A stretch of 46,515 bases of DNA from a virus: the UHGV virus genome UHGV-0824613. One strand, written 5' to 3'. A program made the translations under genes and the position numbers. How positions within the stretch are numbered: position 1 is the first letter of the stretch; the number at the start of each line of letters is the position of its first letter. The notes under the pieces were generated by a model. That model was not told the origin of the DNA and ran no database searches. It saw only the letters and a program-made list of their open reading frames with translations. Positions 31,089 to 40,018 of the stretch are shown here, piece after piece.

Positions 31089-31565
31089 TCAATCCACATC
31101 AAAAGGCAAGCCAAAATAGAAAAGCGTGGCTTTTTTTAGTTCATCAAGACCGTAAGCGATGGCGGCATAATGACCAAGCCTGCACATCTTAGTTAACACA
31201 GCAGATTGCTCCTTGCTCACTCTGCTTTTGCTTTTATCGCGACGCTTTGCCTCAATCATTCCGCAGCAGTGGTTCGCACCCGGAGTCATTATTACGTTAT
31301 CGCCTATCCCAGCCTTAACACCCATCTTCTGGCGCTTCAGCACAAACTGCACCCTGCTTGATGTGCCAGTTTCGTTTGGTACATGAAACCACAGAACATC
31401 AGGGAAGCGGTGTTGCATCCATGTGCCGTAACCCATCTGGTCAGCCTCCTCTTTCGGGCATTCTCCGCGATAACCGCCATCAAATACCCATATACCGCTA
31501 TCAAGCTGCTTCACTCTGTTCTCCTTAAAATTCTTTTCTGTGGATGATATCGCGCCCTTTATCAT
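31089..31565 (-). CDS. VRR-NUC domain nuclease
   Basis: ...CCGMIEAKRRDKSKSRVSKEQ... has (I/V)E(A/V)K followed by Q, typical of VRR-NUC. Confidence 0.6.
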   Translation of the reverse strand: MIKGAISSTEKNFKENRVKQLDSGIWVFDGGYRGECPKEEADQMGYGTWMQHRFPDVLWFHVPNETGTSSRVQFVLKRQKMGVKAGIGDNVIMTPGANHCCGMIEAKRRDKSKSRVSKEQSAVLTKMCRLGHYAAIAYGLDELKKATLFYFGLPFDVD

Positions 31566-33438
31566 TAATGCGATGCGTGATGCGCTTTGGCGCTTTAATC
31601 AATCCCGCATACATCATGAACTGCTTGGCGTTCTGACATTTCAGGATTTTCCCGGACATTGACTTATCATCAAGGTGAGGGAAGATAGCCTTTGCCTTAA
31701 ACATGTTTTTCATGTGAGTTGCGCCACCGTATGGATAGAAAACCTCGTTAGCCCAGCCTTCTTTCCCATCACAACGATTAATCCAGTAGCGATACAAAAT
31801 ACCTTCTCCATCCTTCGTTAGCTGAACCTTGAAATCCATAACGTCAGCCCACTCATTATCGGTATACGCGCGCTCATTCAATGCAGCGTTAGGGTCGCGC
31901 AAAACATGATCGCAATGTCGGCAATAGCGCGCCGTGGGGTCATTTTTAGTGCCGCATCCATTATCAAAAATCCTGATGCCGTGCTTGTCGAAACCGCAAC
32001 GGATGTAACTGAAAAACTCTTCGCATCGACCATCTGGAGATAGCGCATCTTTGCCAATGCAGCGACGCGCATATGGGCTATTCATTGTTCCGCACTTCGG
32101 GCAAGGAACCTGTTCACCGCTACGTTTTGAACGTTGCGCTTCAGCCTCCTCAAGAATTGGGTCTTCATACAGCTGACCAAGCTCAAACATCGTGCCAGAG
32201 AAATCAAGAACCAGATGGTCTTCTTTATGATATCCGGCATCAATTTGCTCTTTCTTCAGCAGGCGCATACCGCGACCAAGCAACTGAACAAGAAGAGTGA
32301 GTGACATTATTTTTCGTAATATCACGCTTGTATCCCAAAGAGGAATGTTGACACCGGTCGTCAAACAACCAATTTGGAAAACATATTTAATCTTGCCAGT
32401 GTATGCATCCTTTAATGCCTTTCGTCTGGCTTTCTGCCCCATATCTTCGGTGACGATCGCATAACTTCCTTCAGGTAGGTATTTTGCCGCCTCCTGACAG
32501 TGCTTCTTTCCAGCGCAGGTAATTAACACGCCATTTCTGTTTTTTGTCAGCTCCATAACCTTGAGCATGATTTTCTGCGTGAGTGTTCCTTGCTCAAGGA
32601 TTTCTTTCTGCATCTGCTTGAGTTGCTCGGTGGTAAATTCCTGAACTCCATCACTTCCTGACGCCTCAAATGCTGACAGGTCGTAATGCAGATCATCAAT
32701 ATCATGAAGACCAAAAATTGTCGGGACAAGAAATCCATTATCAACAAGGTATTTGGTATCAATATTTATTATTTCATGCTTCCAGTAAGAGCCTTTAATT
32801 GATTCAGTTCCACGAAATGGGCTACCAGTATAGCCAATAACAATGACATCGTGTCCGTATTTAGCTTTGCACCTGCGGTTAAATTCGGTCATTATTACGC
32901 CGTACTGTGTATCTGAATCTTCTCCAACAATATCCTCCCAGTTCACTTGATGGCACTCATCGACCAAAATATATCGTGGGGAAAATTCTGAAAGTGCACA
33001 CTTTGAGATAACATTGCCTGATTCATCCTTCATGTCGAAAAGTGAGTTTTTTATTGTTCTCTCCGTCCCAGCAATAAGCGGGTATGCCGTTGACTTTCTG
33101 CCAAGAGACGCGCTGAATAGTGAATTTTTAACACTCAGATTCCATAGTTCTTCCGCATCCTGCTCAATAATTTCCCCCTGTCTGGCAATAACAAGTCCTT
33201 GCCACCCCATATCCTGAAAGCGTCGCGCAATCATGGCAATCATAATAGTCTTTCCTGCACCTACCGATGCGGTAACGAAACTTGGCTTAGGGTCTTTCCC
33301 GAACTTGCGGATAACTTCAGCCGTCTTTTCATAAACCAGCCACTGATATGGTCGCGGCTCAATTTCCCCTGTATGAACAACTGACCGCAATTTATCTATG
33401 TCAAGTTCAGCAATCATTGCGTCGATTTTGTGCGTCAT
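31525..33438 (-). CDS. SF2 (DEAD/DEAH-type) helicase with C-terminal multi-zinc-ribbon region
   Basis: Walker A GAGKT, motif II VDECHQ, helicase C-domain motifs. C-terminal CPKCG...C...CRHCDH ribbons. Confidence 0.85.
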   Translation of the reverse strand: MTHKIDAMIAELDIDKLRSVVHTGEIEPRPYQWLVYEKTAEVIRKFGKDPKPSFVTASVGAGKTIMIAMIARRFQDMGWQGLVIARQGEIIEQDAEELWNLSVKNSLFSASLGRKSTAYPLIAGTERTIKNSLFDMKDESGNVISKCALSEFSPRYILVDECHQVNWEDIVGEDSDTQYGVIMTEFNRRCKAKYGHDVIVIGYTGSPFRGTESIKGSYWKHEIINIDTKYLVDNGFLVPTIFGLHDIDDLHYDLSAFEASGSDGVQEFTTEQLKQMQKEILEQGTLTQKIMLKVMELTKNRNGVLITCAGKKHCQEAAKYLPEGSYAIVTEDMGQKARRKALKDAYTGKIKYVFQIGCLTTGVNIPLWDTSVILRKIMSLTLLVQLLGRGMRLLKKEQIDAGYHKEDHLVLDFSGTMFELGQLYEDPILEEAEAQRSKRSGEQVPCPKCGTMNSPYARRCIGKDALSPDGRCEEFFSYIRCGFDKHGIRIFDNGCGTKNDPTARYCRHCDHVLRDPNAALNERAYTDNEWADVMDFKVQLTKDGEGILYRYWINRCDGKEGWANEVFYPYGGATHMKNMFKAKAIFPHLDDKSMSGKILKCQNAKQFMMYAGLIKAPKRITHRINDKGRDIIHRKEF

Positions 33439-33513
33439 AGCAACTAACCTTTGTTGATGTTTCTACATCAGTTAGCTTATACTCAATCTACACCAACAAT
33501 CAAGGGTCAATTT
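33439..33513. promoter_or_regulatory. divergent promoter/operator between helicase and primase
   Basis: Palindrome tgatgt-ttc-tacatca (33455-33470) and motif tcaatctacacc (33483-33494). Confidence 0.45.
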
Positions 33514-34467
33514 ATGAGATACGACTGGAAAGACATTGAGCCAAAAATGCTCGGAAATTGGCAAGCTGCCATAATGTCTATCGTCAATGTGGATAGCAGA
33601 GTTTTCAATGGCAAGCACCAGCCGTGCCCATCATGCCTTGGCAAAGACAGGTATCGCTTTGATGATAACTTCGAAACAAAAGGCGATGGCGGTGCAATCT
33701 GCAATCAGTGCGGCTCCGGCAGCGGCATGAACTGGCTGATGAAACTCTCAGGCATGAATTTCCCTGAAGCGCTGGAGGCGCTGGGAGGATTCCTGAACAT
33801 GCACCCGCGTGAAAAACTGGAGGCAATCAGGAAGGAACTACCGAAAATAAATTACAATGACGACTTCATCACAGAGCAGGAAGTCGCAGCAATCATGTCT
33901 AAAACGACGCGTGTAGCGATGAATGAGTGGACATTGATAAATGGTATTGGTTGCGACGTTAACGTCGTCAGAGGAAAATCTGGAGAGCTTATTGCGGTTG
34001 AGATGGTTCGCGCTGACACAATGAAGCCGTGCAACGTGGCATTCATTGGCATGGATGGTGATTCATTCAGAGCATTCTACAAAGCAGGGTACAATAAAGA
34101 CTCAGCCATCAACGGCAAACTCACTAGGGGCGCGATAAGCACAATCGGAGAAGATAACGGAAAGTTCATTTATCTGGTGTCTGATTATGCCGATGCATGG
34201 AAGTGCCATTACTTCACTGGCGCTCATGTCTGGTGCTGCTGGTCGCCGGAAAACATGTGGGAAGTGGTGCGATCGGTTAGCGATGAGATGAAAGCACGGT
34301 TGCGTTGCATAGTTAATTATAAATTCGACGAACTGTGCGCGGCAGAAAATGCAGGGCTTCCGGTGATGCTGCCTGATGATGCTGGCACAATCAGGATGGC
34401 AAAGAGAATCAGGAGAAAGATTTATGACGCTGGCGAGTTGATAGAAAAAATGTCAGTCATCAGATAA
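33514..34467 (+). CDS. putative DNA primase (N-terminal primase Zn-ribbon + TOPRIM-like region)
   Basis: CPSCLGKDRYRFDD...GGAICNQCGSGSGMNWL resembles the primase-helicase zinc-binding domain. Terminator 34470..34495. Confidence 0.55.
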   Translation: MRYDWKDIEPKMLGNWQAAIMSIVNVDSRVFNGKHQPCPSCLGKDRYRFDDNFETKGDGGAICNQCGSGSGMNWLMKLSGMNFPEALEALGGFLNMHPREKLEAIRKELPKINYNDDFITEQEVAAIMSKTTRVAMNEWTLINGIGCDVNVVRGKSGELIAVEMVRADTMKPCNVAFIGMDGDSFRAFYKAGYNKDSAINGKLTRGAISTIGEDNGKFIYLVSDYADAWKCHYFTGAHVWCCWSPENMWEVVRSVSDEMKARLRCIVNYKFDELCAAENAGLPVMLPDDAGTIRMAKRIRRKIYDAGELIEKMSVIR

Positions 34468-34495
34468 AAGAAACCCTCCATCTGAAGGGTTTTGG

Positions 34496-34801
34496 TTATG
34501 CTTTAATGTTAACTTTTATTGCGAACACTTCCACCGGGTCAGGCCCGAAGTGTGGGTGAGTGATGGTTTTAACCGTCCATCCATCGTATGGGATATCAAT
34601 ACGCCTGGATTTATCGTCCTTCTTTGGATATCCTTTTGTGATAATTAACCTTTCGTACTTCCTTCCAATCTGTCCGCTATCTTTAAAGTTAATAAGGCGT
34701 TTCTTCCAGTAGTCATTGAAAAGGCGATACTCTTCAGTTTTCTCCCCGCGAATCATGGCATCGAAGTATTCACCTTTGACGGCAAGTTGTAGGTTAGCCA
34801 T
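34496..34801 (-). CDS. ASCH-domain protein
   Basis: MANLQLAVKGEYFDAMIRGEKTEEYRL... matches the ASCH N-terminal pattern (GxKxxExR). Confidence 0.6.
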   Translation of the reverse strand: MANLQLAVKGEYFDAMIRGEKTEEYRLFNDYWKKRLINFKDSGQIGRKYERLIITKGYPKKDDKSRRIDIPYDGWTVKTITHPHFGPDPVEVFAIKVNIKA

Positions 34802-35057
34802 TATTTTCCTCCAGAATCCATACTGAATTACCAATGCGACTGTTATTTAAATCCTTTGATACAAAGCCATCCTTACAAAGAGAAATCAGAACCTTCCGTA
34901 ACTTTGCTGTTGTCCATTCATCATCAGGAAATTCATTCACCATTGATAGGCGCAAATTCCACGTAGCCACTGAGAACTTACGAAAAATTCCAAGTTTCTC
35001 CTCCTCAATGGATTTTCTCTTTCTCATCACGTATAAAACTTTATCTTTCACATTCAT
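34794..35057 (-). CDS. hypothetical protein
   Basis: 87 aa, ATGA-type overlap. Confidence 0.45.
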   Translation of the reverse strand: MNVKDKVLYVMRKRKSIEEEKLGIFRKFSVATWNLRLSMVNEFPDDEWTTAKLRKVLISLCKDGFVSKDLNNSRIGNSVWILEENNG

Positions 35058-35067
35058 TTTCTTGTCC

Positions 35068-35259
35068 TCACTTAATCATCAATTTTGAAATATCAACATA
35101 ACCAACACAAAATCTATGCCAGTAATCATCAAGCACATGGTAATTAGAGCGAATCCATACTTTGTTAATTCTGCTCCAGAAAAACCATGTCGAATACCCA
35201 TTCGGCCTGAAGTGCCAGGAGCCTTCTGACCTGCAAATGTCGCCTGATATTGTTATCAT
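35068..35259 (-). CDS. hypothetical protein (doubtful)
   Basis: 63-aa W-rich ORF that fills the gap between its neighbours. Confidence 0.25.
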   Translation of the reverse strand: MITISGDICRSEGSWHFRPNGYSTWFFWSRINKVWIRSNYHVLDDYWHRFCVGYVDISKLMIK

Positions 35260-36809
35260 TTCAACCTCGGATTAATGTGGACAGTATTACCAATAAAAAC
35301 GCAGTAACCATCCTCTTCCAGAGATGGCAATACACTTGACCTTAGACGGTCATAAATTTTCGGTATCCCTTTGAATGGTCGCACGTTCTTAAGTGAATCA
35401 TAAAGCCATTTCACCGTTACGCTATTTTTCCCTTTCTGAGCAGCAGAGCGTAGCTTTTCAGCAACAACATCAAACTCCGATCTCTCACCAGCATACCCAT
35501 TTGATTCAACAGCATCAGTGAACGTTTTTGTCAGTGCGTCATAAACACTGATGGCGCGACTAATCTCATTTTCACCGATAATTTTTGAACGATTTCCTCC
35601 ATCGCACCAGTTTTCAGCGGCGTGAAATATTGCTGCCAGACGGATTATTTGCTTATCAGCTTTACCCATTGCGCCACGAAGCAGAACGTGGTCCCATTTA
35701 CCGCCGGGAAGGAAGTTTTTCTCCCACTGGTTTCGCAACAGACCGATCATCCTTGCAGAGTCGTTGTGAAGGGTGAGTTTTGTTTTCTCAGCAGAAACAA
35801 CATTATGTATGAAACGAGCATACTCTGACCTTAAACTATCTGGCATTGGCTTGCTAACAGGGCAGTCATTAACCATATCCCAGTGCTCACGATAGCCAAG
35901 CATTGATTGCTCACGCAGCATCAGGAAGCGCTCTGAAAGACCGTTCCCCCTGTCACCAGCAGCAAGAATTGCATCAATACTTTCATCCTGCGCTATCACA
36001 CTTATGTTTCCAAGCACGTAACCAGATGAAACACCACGACCAACACGAGCTGAACCAATAAATCCACCATCCCAACCTTTCAGGATGACTTCGGCGTTTG
36101 CCTTACCACCTTCTTTCCCGTAAGAGAGGCCAAGACAGGTGTTGAGAACGCTCGCTTCATCACTTATCAGATTGAAAAAACCACCCTCATGGATTGCCTG
36201 ATGCTGTACGGCTTCAGGTGTTGCGTCAGTAAGTGGATAGGTAATCGTATAAAGCTCTTCGAGTCTCTCCTTTTCGCGAGCAATATCATCGCCGATTATT
36301 GCCTTTGCATTCTGGTTACTGGCCTCTTTGTATGCCTTCATCAATTCTTCAATGCGAAGATTTATTTTTATGATCTGCTTTTCCATCTTTTTGGAAAGGT
36401 TGTCATATTCAATCTTCACAGGATTCATGTGCATTGAGTTGATTGCTGTTTTCCCTGCCGATGGAGGCTGAGAAGTGACCACGTAAAGAGAAACTGGAAG
36501 CTCTGAATGGTAATACTCAACGCTAAAGTTTCTCGTCATTGCGCTGGCAACGCAACCAAGCAAATGCATGAACGATGTATTTATTGGGAACTGAACAGCA
36601 CGAGCTGCAGAGATTGCATAACGAGACAGCAAATCAGTCCGGTGCTCACTGGTAAGTTCTGTTTCTGAGTACGTTACATCGCGCTCCTTTCCTTCCTTGA
36701 TGTCAAGCCACATATTGGAACTTGGTGTCATGCCATGATGGAAGGCAACGCGAGCCGGAGATACTTTTAACTCCCTTGCTTCGTTAAAGATGTCTTGAGC
36801 TGTAATCAT
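35256..36809 (-). CDS. DUF3987-family replication protein (primase-associated/helicase-like)
   Basis: ...YAISAARAVQFPINTSFMHLLGCVASAMTRNF...LYVVTSQPPSAGKT... is typical of DUF3987 (the C-terminal domain of phage/plasmid primases). Confidence 0.65.
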   Translation of the reverse strand: MITAQDIFNEARELKVSPARVAFHHGMTPSSNMWLDIKEGKERDVTYSETELTSEHRTDLLSRYAISAARAVQFPINTSFMHLLGCVASAMTRNFSVEYYHSELPVSLYVVTSQPPSAGKTAINSMHMNPVKIEYDNLSKKMEKQIIKINLRIEELMKAYKEASNQNAKAIIGDDIAREKERLEELYTITYPLTDATPEAVQHQAIHEGGFFNLISDEASVLNTCLGLSYGKEGGKANAEVILKGWDGGFIGSARVGRGVSSGYVLGNISVIAQDESIDAILAAGDRGNGLSERFLMLREQSMLGYREHWDMVNDCPVSKPMPDSLRSEYARFIHNVVSAEKTKLTLHNDSARMIGLLRNQWEKNFLPGGKWDHVLLRGAMGKADKQIIRLAAIFHAAENWCDGGNRSKIIGENEISRAISVYDALTKTFTDAVESNGYAGERSEFDVVAEKLRSAAQKGKNSVTVKWLYDSLKNVRPFKGIPKIYDRLRSSVLPSLEEDGYCVFIGNTVHINPRLK

Positions 36810-37082
36810 TTAGACCTCGTACTCTGTTTCAAATTTCTCATGAGGATTCTCTGATAACCATTCCTTGGCTCTCAAAACTGCAGCGTTTGCTTCCTCTGCC
36901 TTTTCAAACATACCAAGCTCATATCTTTTCTTGAGCACCATCACTCTAGCTCTGAATTTTTTCGACGCCTTGTGGTAATCAACACCGTAGTATCCAGTGG
37001 TTGATTTTGATGATGCAACCCACCCAGCACCACGACCATGCTTGTTTAATTTACGCTTTAACAATACGCCATGATTGCTCAT
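36810..37082 (-). CDS. AP2-domain DNA-binding protein
   Basis: ...TGYYGVDYHKASKKFRARVMVLKKRYELGMFEKAEEANAA... matches the AP2 pattern (GV.....kW.A.I.....LG.F....EAA). Confidence 0.55.
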   Translation of the reverse strand: MSNHGVLLKRKLNKHGRGAGWVASSKSTTGYYGVDYHKASKKFRARVMVLKKRYELGMFEKAEEANAAVLRAKEWLSENPHEKFETEYEV

Positions 37083-37548
37083 TTCTGCTCCTCCACCAAG
37101 TGTTTCCCCAAAAGAATACCACTACTTCCCCAGCATTGCAACACAACTAAAAAGCGACAAAAGGGGTAAGCTGGGTTAACGTGGGGCAACCAACCTGCCC
37201 CACGCAACTTTAATCTAAGTATATGTAATATAATAATAATAGTAGTAGTTGGGTTAAAGGGTAATATTATCATTCATATTATAGATAGGAATTAACATAA
37301 TATTAACAAATGAATTATCTATGTATATTTATAAGGTGATGTGTGTGAAATCTGACCCAGTTAACCCACGAAAAATAAATACATTCAAATCAGTATTTTA
37401 CGATGGAAAATGTGGGGCAACTAACCTGCCCCACGACCTGCCCCACGGGCAAAAATTTACCCCACAAGCACGTTTTTAACGCATTCCTGTTGACGTAGAA
37501 TCACAACTGATGTAGATTGAACTCATCGAAACAAACGAGGGTGAAGAG
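37083..37548. promoter_or_regulatory. large non-coding hub: GC-rich hairpin repeats + CCCCAC iterons flanking an AT-rich core, plus two motif copies (candidate ori / early promoter region)
   Basis: GTGGGGCA-N7-TGCCCCAC at 37181-37203 and 37412-37434. tgccccacgggca at 37437-37450. AT-rich 37205-37350. Motif copies at 37490-37504 and 37507-37520. Confidence 0.5.
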
Positions 37549-37695
37549 ATGAAAATCAAAGACCACGAAGAATTTGAGGATGCACAGGCTATGGCACGCA
37601 TTGCAGTTGATCGCACAAACAACAGTATTCCTGCAGAAGCATTCTGGAATGCAGCGATGCAGGCTTTAATCTCGGCGTATGGGTTAAGCAAATGA
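37549..37695 (+). CDS. small hypothetical protein (48 aa)
   Basis: GAGGG SD. MKIKDHEEFEDAQAMARIAVDRTNNSIPAEAFWNAAMQALISAYGLSK. Not in the ORF track. Confidence 0.4.
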   Translation: MKIKDHEEFEDAQAMARIAVDRTNNSIPAEAFWNAAMQALISAYGLSK

Positions 37696-37787
37696 CAGGA
37701 GCAACATCAGAGCTTATCGCCAGTCTGGTTATCATGGCATTCATCATTATCGCAGTGGCAGTTTCTAAATCAGGGTATAAGGAGTAA
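37692..37787 (+). CDS. tiny TM peptide (31 aa)
   Basis: ATGA overlap. MTGATSELIASLVIMAFIIIAVAVSKSGYKE. Confidence 0.25.
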   Translation: MTGATSELIASLVIMAFIIIAVAVSKSGYKE

Positions 37788-37875
37788 CAAAATGAGTAGC
37801 TGGCATAACGAACACATCATGCAGTGGTATCGCTGTCGTATTAAGGCAATTACTAACTCTTATGAGGTTTAACAA

Positions 37876-38058
37876 ATGGCAAAGACTATCTATCGTCGAG
37901 AGAAGCTGGAACAGGAACTTGGACGCGTTGGCGCGCAGAACTTCATGAGCAAGCAGGCACGCCATGCAATTGAATCTATCCGCGTAAATCGCGTTGTGCG
38001 CGTGTTTAATGGTCAAGGCAAGCGAAGAGTAATGGATGAACTGATTATCGTATTCTGA
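37876..38058 (+). CDS. hypothetical protein
   Basis: 60-aa ORF. Confidence 0.45.
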   Translation: MAKTIYRREKLEQELGRVGAQNFMSKQARHAIESIRVNRVVRVFNGQGKRRVMDELIIVF

Positions 38059-38094
38059 CATCGATTCAGGTGGCTTATTTTTAATGGTGATGAT

Positions 38095-38328
38095 ATGGCA
38101 AAAGTAAAAACATACGAGTTCTGGTTTGTTCAGAACAAAATGTATGCAAGCAGGACAATTAAGCGAGCATACTGGTGTAACAAGTGGTTGTTGTTGTCAG
38201 GGTGCATGGTGCTGGCAAAGTGCAAATTCAAAGCGGTTGACATCACAGATGAAGATGCGCTCAAAATCGCCAAGATTGAGTTTGAAGAAGATGGCTATTA
38301 CGAAGAAATTATGGGGGTTAGGGTATGA
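38095..38328 (+). CDS. hypothetical protein
   Basis: 77-aa ORF. Confidence 0.5.
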   Translation: MAKVKTYEFWFVQNKMYASRTIKRAYWCNKWLLLSGCMVLAKCKFKAVDITDEDALKIAKIEFEEDGYYEEIMGVRV

Positions 38329-38666
38329 GTGAGGTTAAGCGATATGACCTTGTTGGCGATATGGACGGGAATTGCAATCTTAACGAAGCGAGAATGGAGA
38401 TTTCTGCTGATGGCATTTATGTTAAGCACAAGGATTATGCGGCACTTGAGGATAAATGCGCGGCACTACTGGATGAGATCAAGCATATGCAAGACAATGC
38501 TCTTGATGATGGATGTAGAATCGCAGAACTTGAAGAGGCGTTGCGAGATAAGCAGGCGCTCATTCCTGATGAATGCGATACTACCGCTCAGCAATTCGAA
38601 AGCCTCAGCAACCACAAGCATCACTTCATCAATGGCACTTGCGTAGAGTGCCTGAAAAGTGAATAA
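38325..38666 (+). CDS. hypothetical protein
   Basis: 113-aa ORF with ATGA overlap. Confidence 0.5.
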   Translation: MSEVKRYDLVGDMDGNCNLNEARMEISADGIYVKHKDYAALEDKCAALLDEIKHMQDNALDDGCRIAELEEALRDKQALIPDECDTTAQQFESLSNHKHHFINGTCVECLKSE

Positions 38667-38729
38667 CTACCCGTTCATCTTAATTATCAGTTCGCTCTAT
38701 GTGGCGCACGCTTTAGTGGAGATGTATAT

Positions 38730-38837
38730 ATGACCAGACACCAACGACGCCGCTACACCACTGGCGCTAAAATCTTCCTTGCTGTTTATGCGCTGGCGAT
38801 GGTAGCAGCTATTGCAGGAGTTGTGCATTATGTTTAA
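38730..38837 (+). CDS. tiny TM peptide (35 aa)
   Basis: GGAG SD. MTRHQRRRYTTGAKIFLAVYALAMVAAIAGVVHYV. Confidence 0.3.
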   Translation: MTRHQRRRYTTGAKIFLAVYALAMVAAIAGVVHYV

Positions 38838-39009
38838 CGATATTAGCTGCGCAATGGAATTTATGTGGAAGCGCTACTGGGACGGCATGATGACGTGTCA
38901 TTACATGATGGTACAACTCAGCAATCGCATTGAGGTTGTGCCTGACAATGGTGTGCATGATATTAAATACATGTGCTCAACGAGGAATTATGCTAATGCA
39001 AACCACTAA
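38830..39009 (+). CDS. hypothetical protein
   Basis: GCAGGAG SD before the ATG at 38830 (MFNDISCAMEF...). Confidence 0.4.
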   Translation: MFNDISCAMEFMWKRYWDGMMTCHYMMVQLSNRIEVVPDNGVHDIKYMCSTRNYANANH

Positions 39010-39169
39010 ACAGAAAGTCTGGCACCTCGCAAAGCAGCACGAACTGGACGATTTTATCGCGAAGGTGGCAAAGACATTCCCTGATGCGCTTGAAATCGTT
39101 CATGTGCAGACGCAAACAGAAAACGCATGGTGCTATGCTGGCAAGCGTGATAATGATGGTGTACAATAA
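38990..39169 (+). CDS. hypothetical protein
   Basis: GAGGA SD. MLMQTTKQKVWHLAKQHELDDFIAKVAK... Confidence 0.4.
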   Translation: MLMQTTKQKVWHLAKQHELDDFIAKVAKTFPDALEIVHVQTQTENAWCYAGKRDNDGVQ

Positions 39170-39205
39170 ACGCATAACCACCATTGCTTCACTCATATCA
39201 TCACC

Positions 39206-39236
39206 CAACCTTTAACCCGCATTATGCGGGTTTTTT
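39206..39236. terminator. rho-independent terminator (identical hairpin to 10767..10792)
   Basis: aacccgcattatgcgggttttttttat is the same sequence as downstream of the 10565..10762 ORF. Confidence 0.6.
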
Positions 39237-39295
39237 TTATCTACATCTATGTGTTAAAATTAACGTATGTGAGTTACTCAAAGAACACAAAAGAC

Positions 39296-39730
39296 ATGGC
39301 GAACCCAAATCCAAAACACAAATTTTCCTCTACAAATCAACCACCTCCGCGCGGTAAGAGCTATCGCACCGTTCTCCTTGAGGCACTTCGCGCTTGCAAC
39401 AACCCTATGGGAGAGGTGGAGTTCGTCACGTACTATATCGACCAGGCTATGAAGGAAGGCGATGCTGGGATGTTACGGGAAATCTTCCTGCGCCTTAACC
39501 CTATCCCGAAGCCAGTCGCGCCGCCTATTGAGTTTGATTTCCCGTCTGACGGAACTCCGGTGCAAAAAATGGATGCAATCATCAAAGGTGTCTCAACTGG
39601 AGTTGTGCCCGCTGACATCGGCAAAATGATGGCTGACATTATCAAGTCTGGCCTTGATATTCAGGAAATCACCGAACTCGCCGCGCGACTTGAGCGACTG
39701 GAGAAATTACTGGAGCAGCAGAATGCGTGA
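39296..39730 (+). CDS. putative terminase small subunit
   Basis: ATG at 39296 (MANPNPKHK...). Basic N-terminus and coiled-coil C-terminus. Located just upstream of TerL. Assignment by position only. Confidence 0.4.
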   Translation: MANPNPKHKFSSTNQPPPRGKSYRTVLLEALRACNNPMGEVEFVTYYIDQAMKEGDAGMLREIFLRLNPIPKPVAPPIEFDFPSDGTPVQKMDAIIKGVSTGVVPADIGKMMADIIKSGLDIQEITELAARLERLEKLLEQQNA

Positions 39731-39860
39731 CTTTGCTTTTACTATTGGCGGCATGATGGCAATGGCTGGATTCTTTGTCGCAGACAACATCATCTCATAT
39801 GTCATTTGTTGGCTGTTTATTCTGTCAATGGCTGTTTATTCTCAATTTAAGCCGAGGTGA
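39723..39860 (+). CDS. small membrane protein (45 aa)
   Basis: MRDFAFTIGGMMAMAGFFVADNIISYVICWLFILSMAVYSQFKPR. Confidence 0.3.
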   Translation: MRDFAFTIGGMMAMAGFFVADNIISYVICWLFILSMAVYSQFKPR

Positions 39861-39862
39861 TA

Positions 39863-40018
39863 ATGCTTAAGCTAGCACTCTCAAATATGGCGCTCGCAAT
39901 GTTTATGTTTATCGCTGGTGGTACTTCAGGAGCTTCCGCTTTCGCGATATGGGGATGCATGTTCATGCTGACGGCAACAATAATTACTGTTGTTGGGACT
40001 TCGCGCTATGGCTCGTAA
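39863..40018 (+). CDS. small membrane protein (51 aa)
   Basis: GAGGTGA SD. MLKLALSNMALAMFMFIAGG... Confidence 0.3.
   Translation: MLKLALSNMALAMFMFIAGGTSGASAFAIWGCMFMLTATIITVVGTSRYGS

Noticed and set aside
37079-37273. 64-aa minus-strand ORF in the AT-rich hub
   Set aside because: It runs through the low-complexity AT-rich/hairpin region (IIIILHILRLKL...). No RBS. The region is better explained as regulatory or origin DNA.
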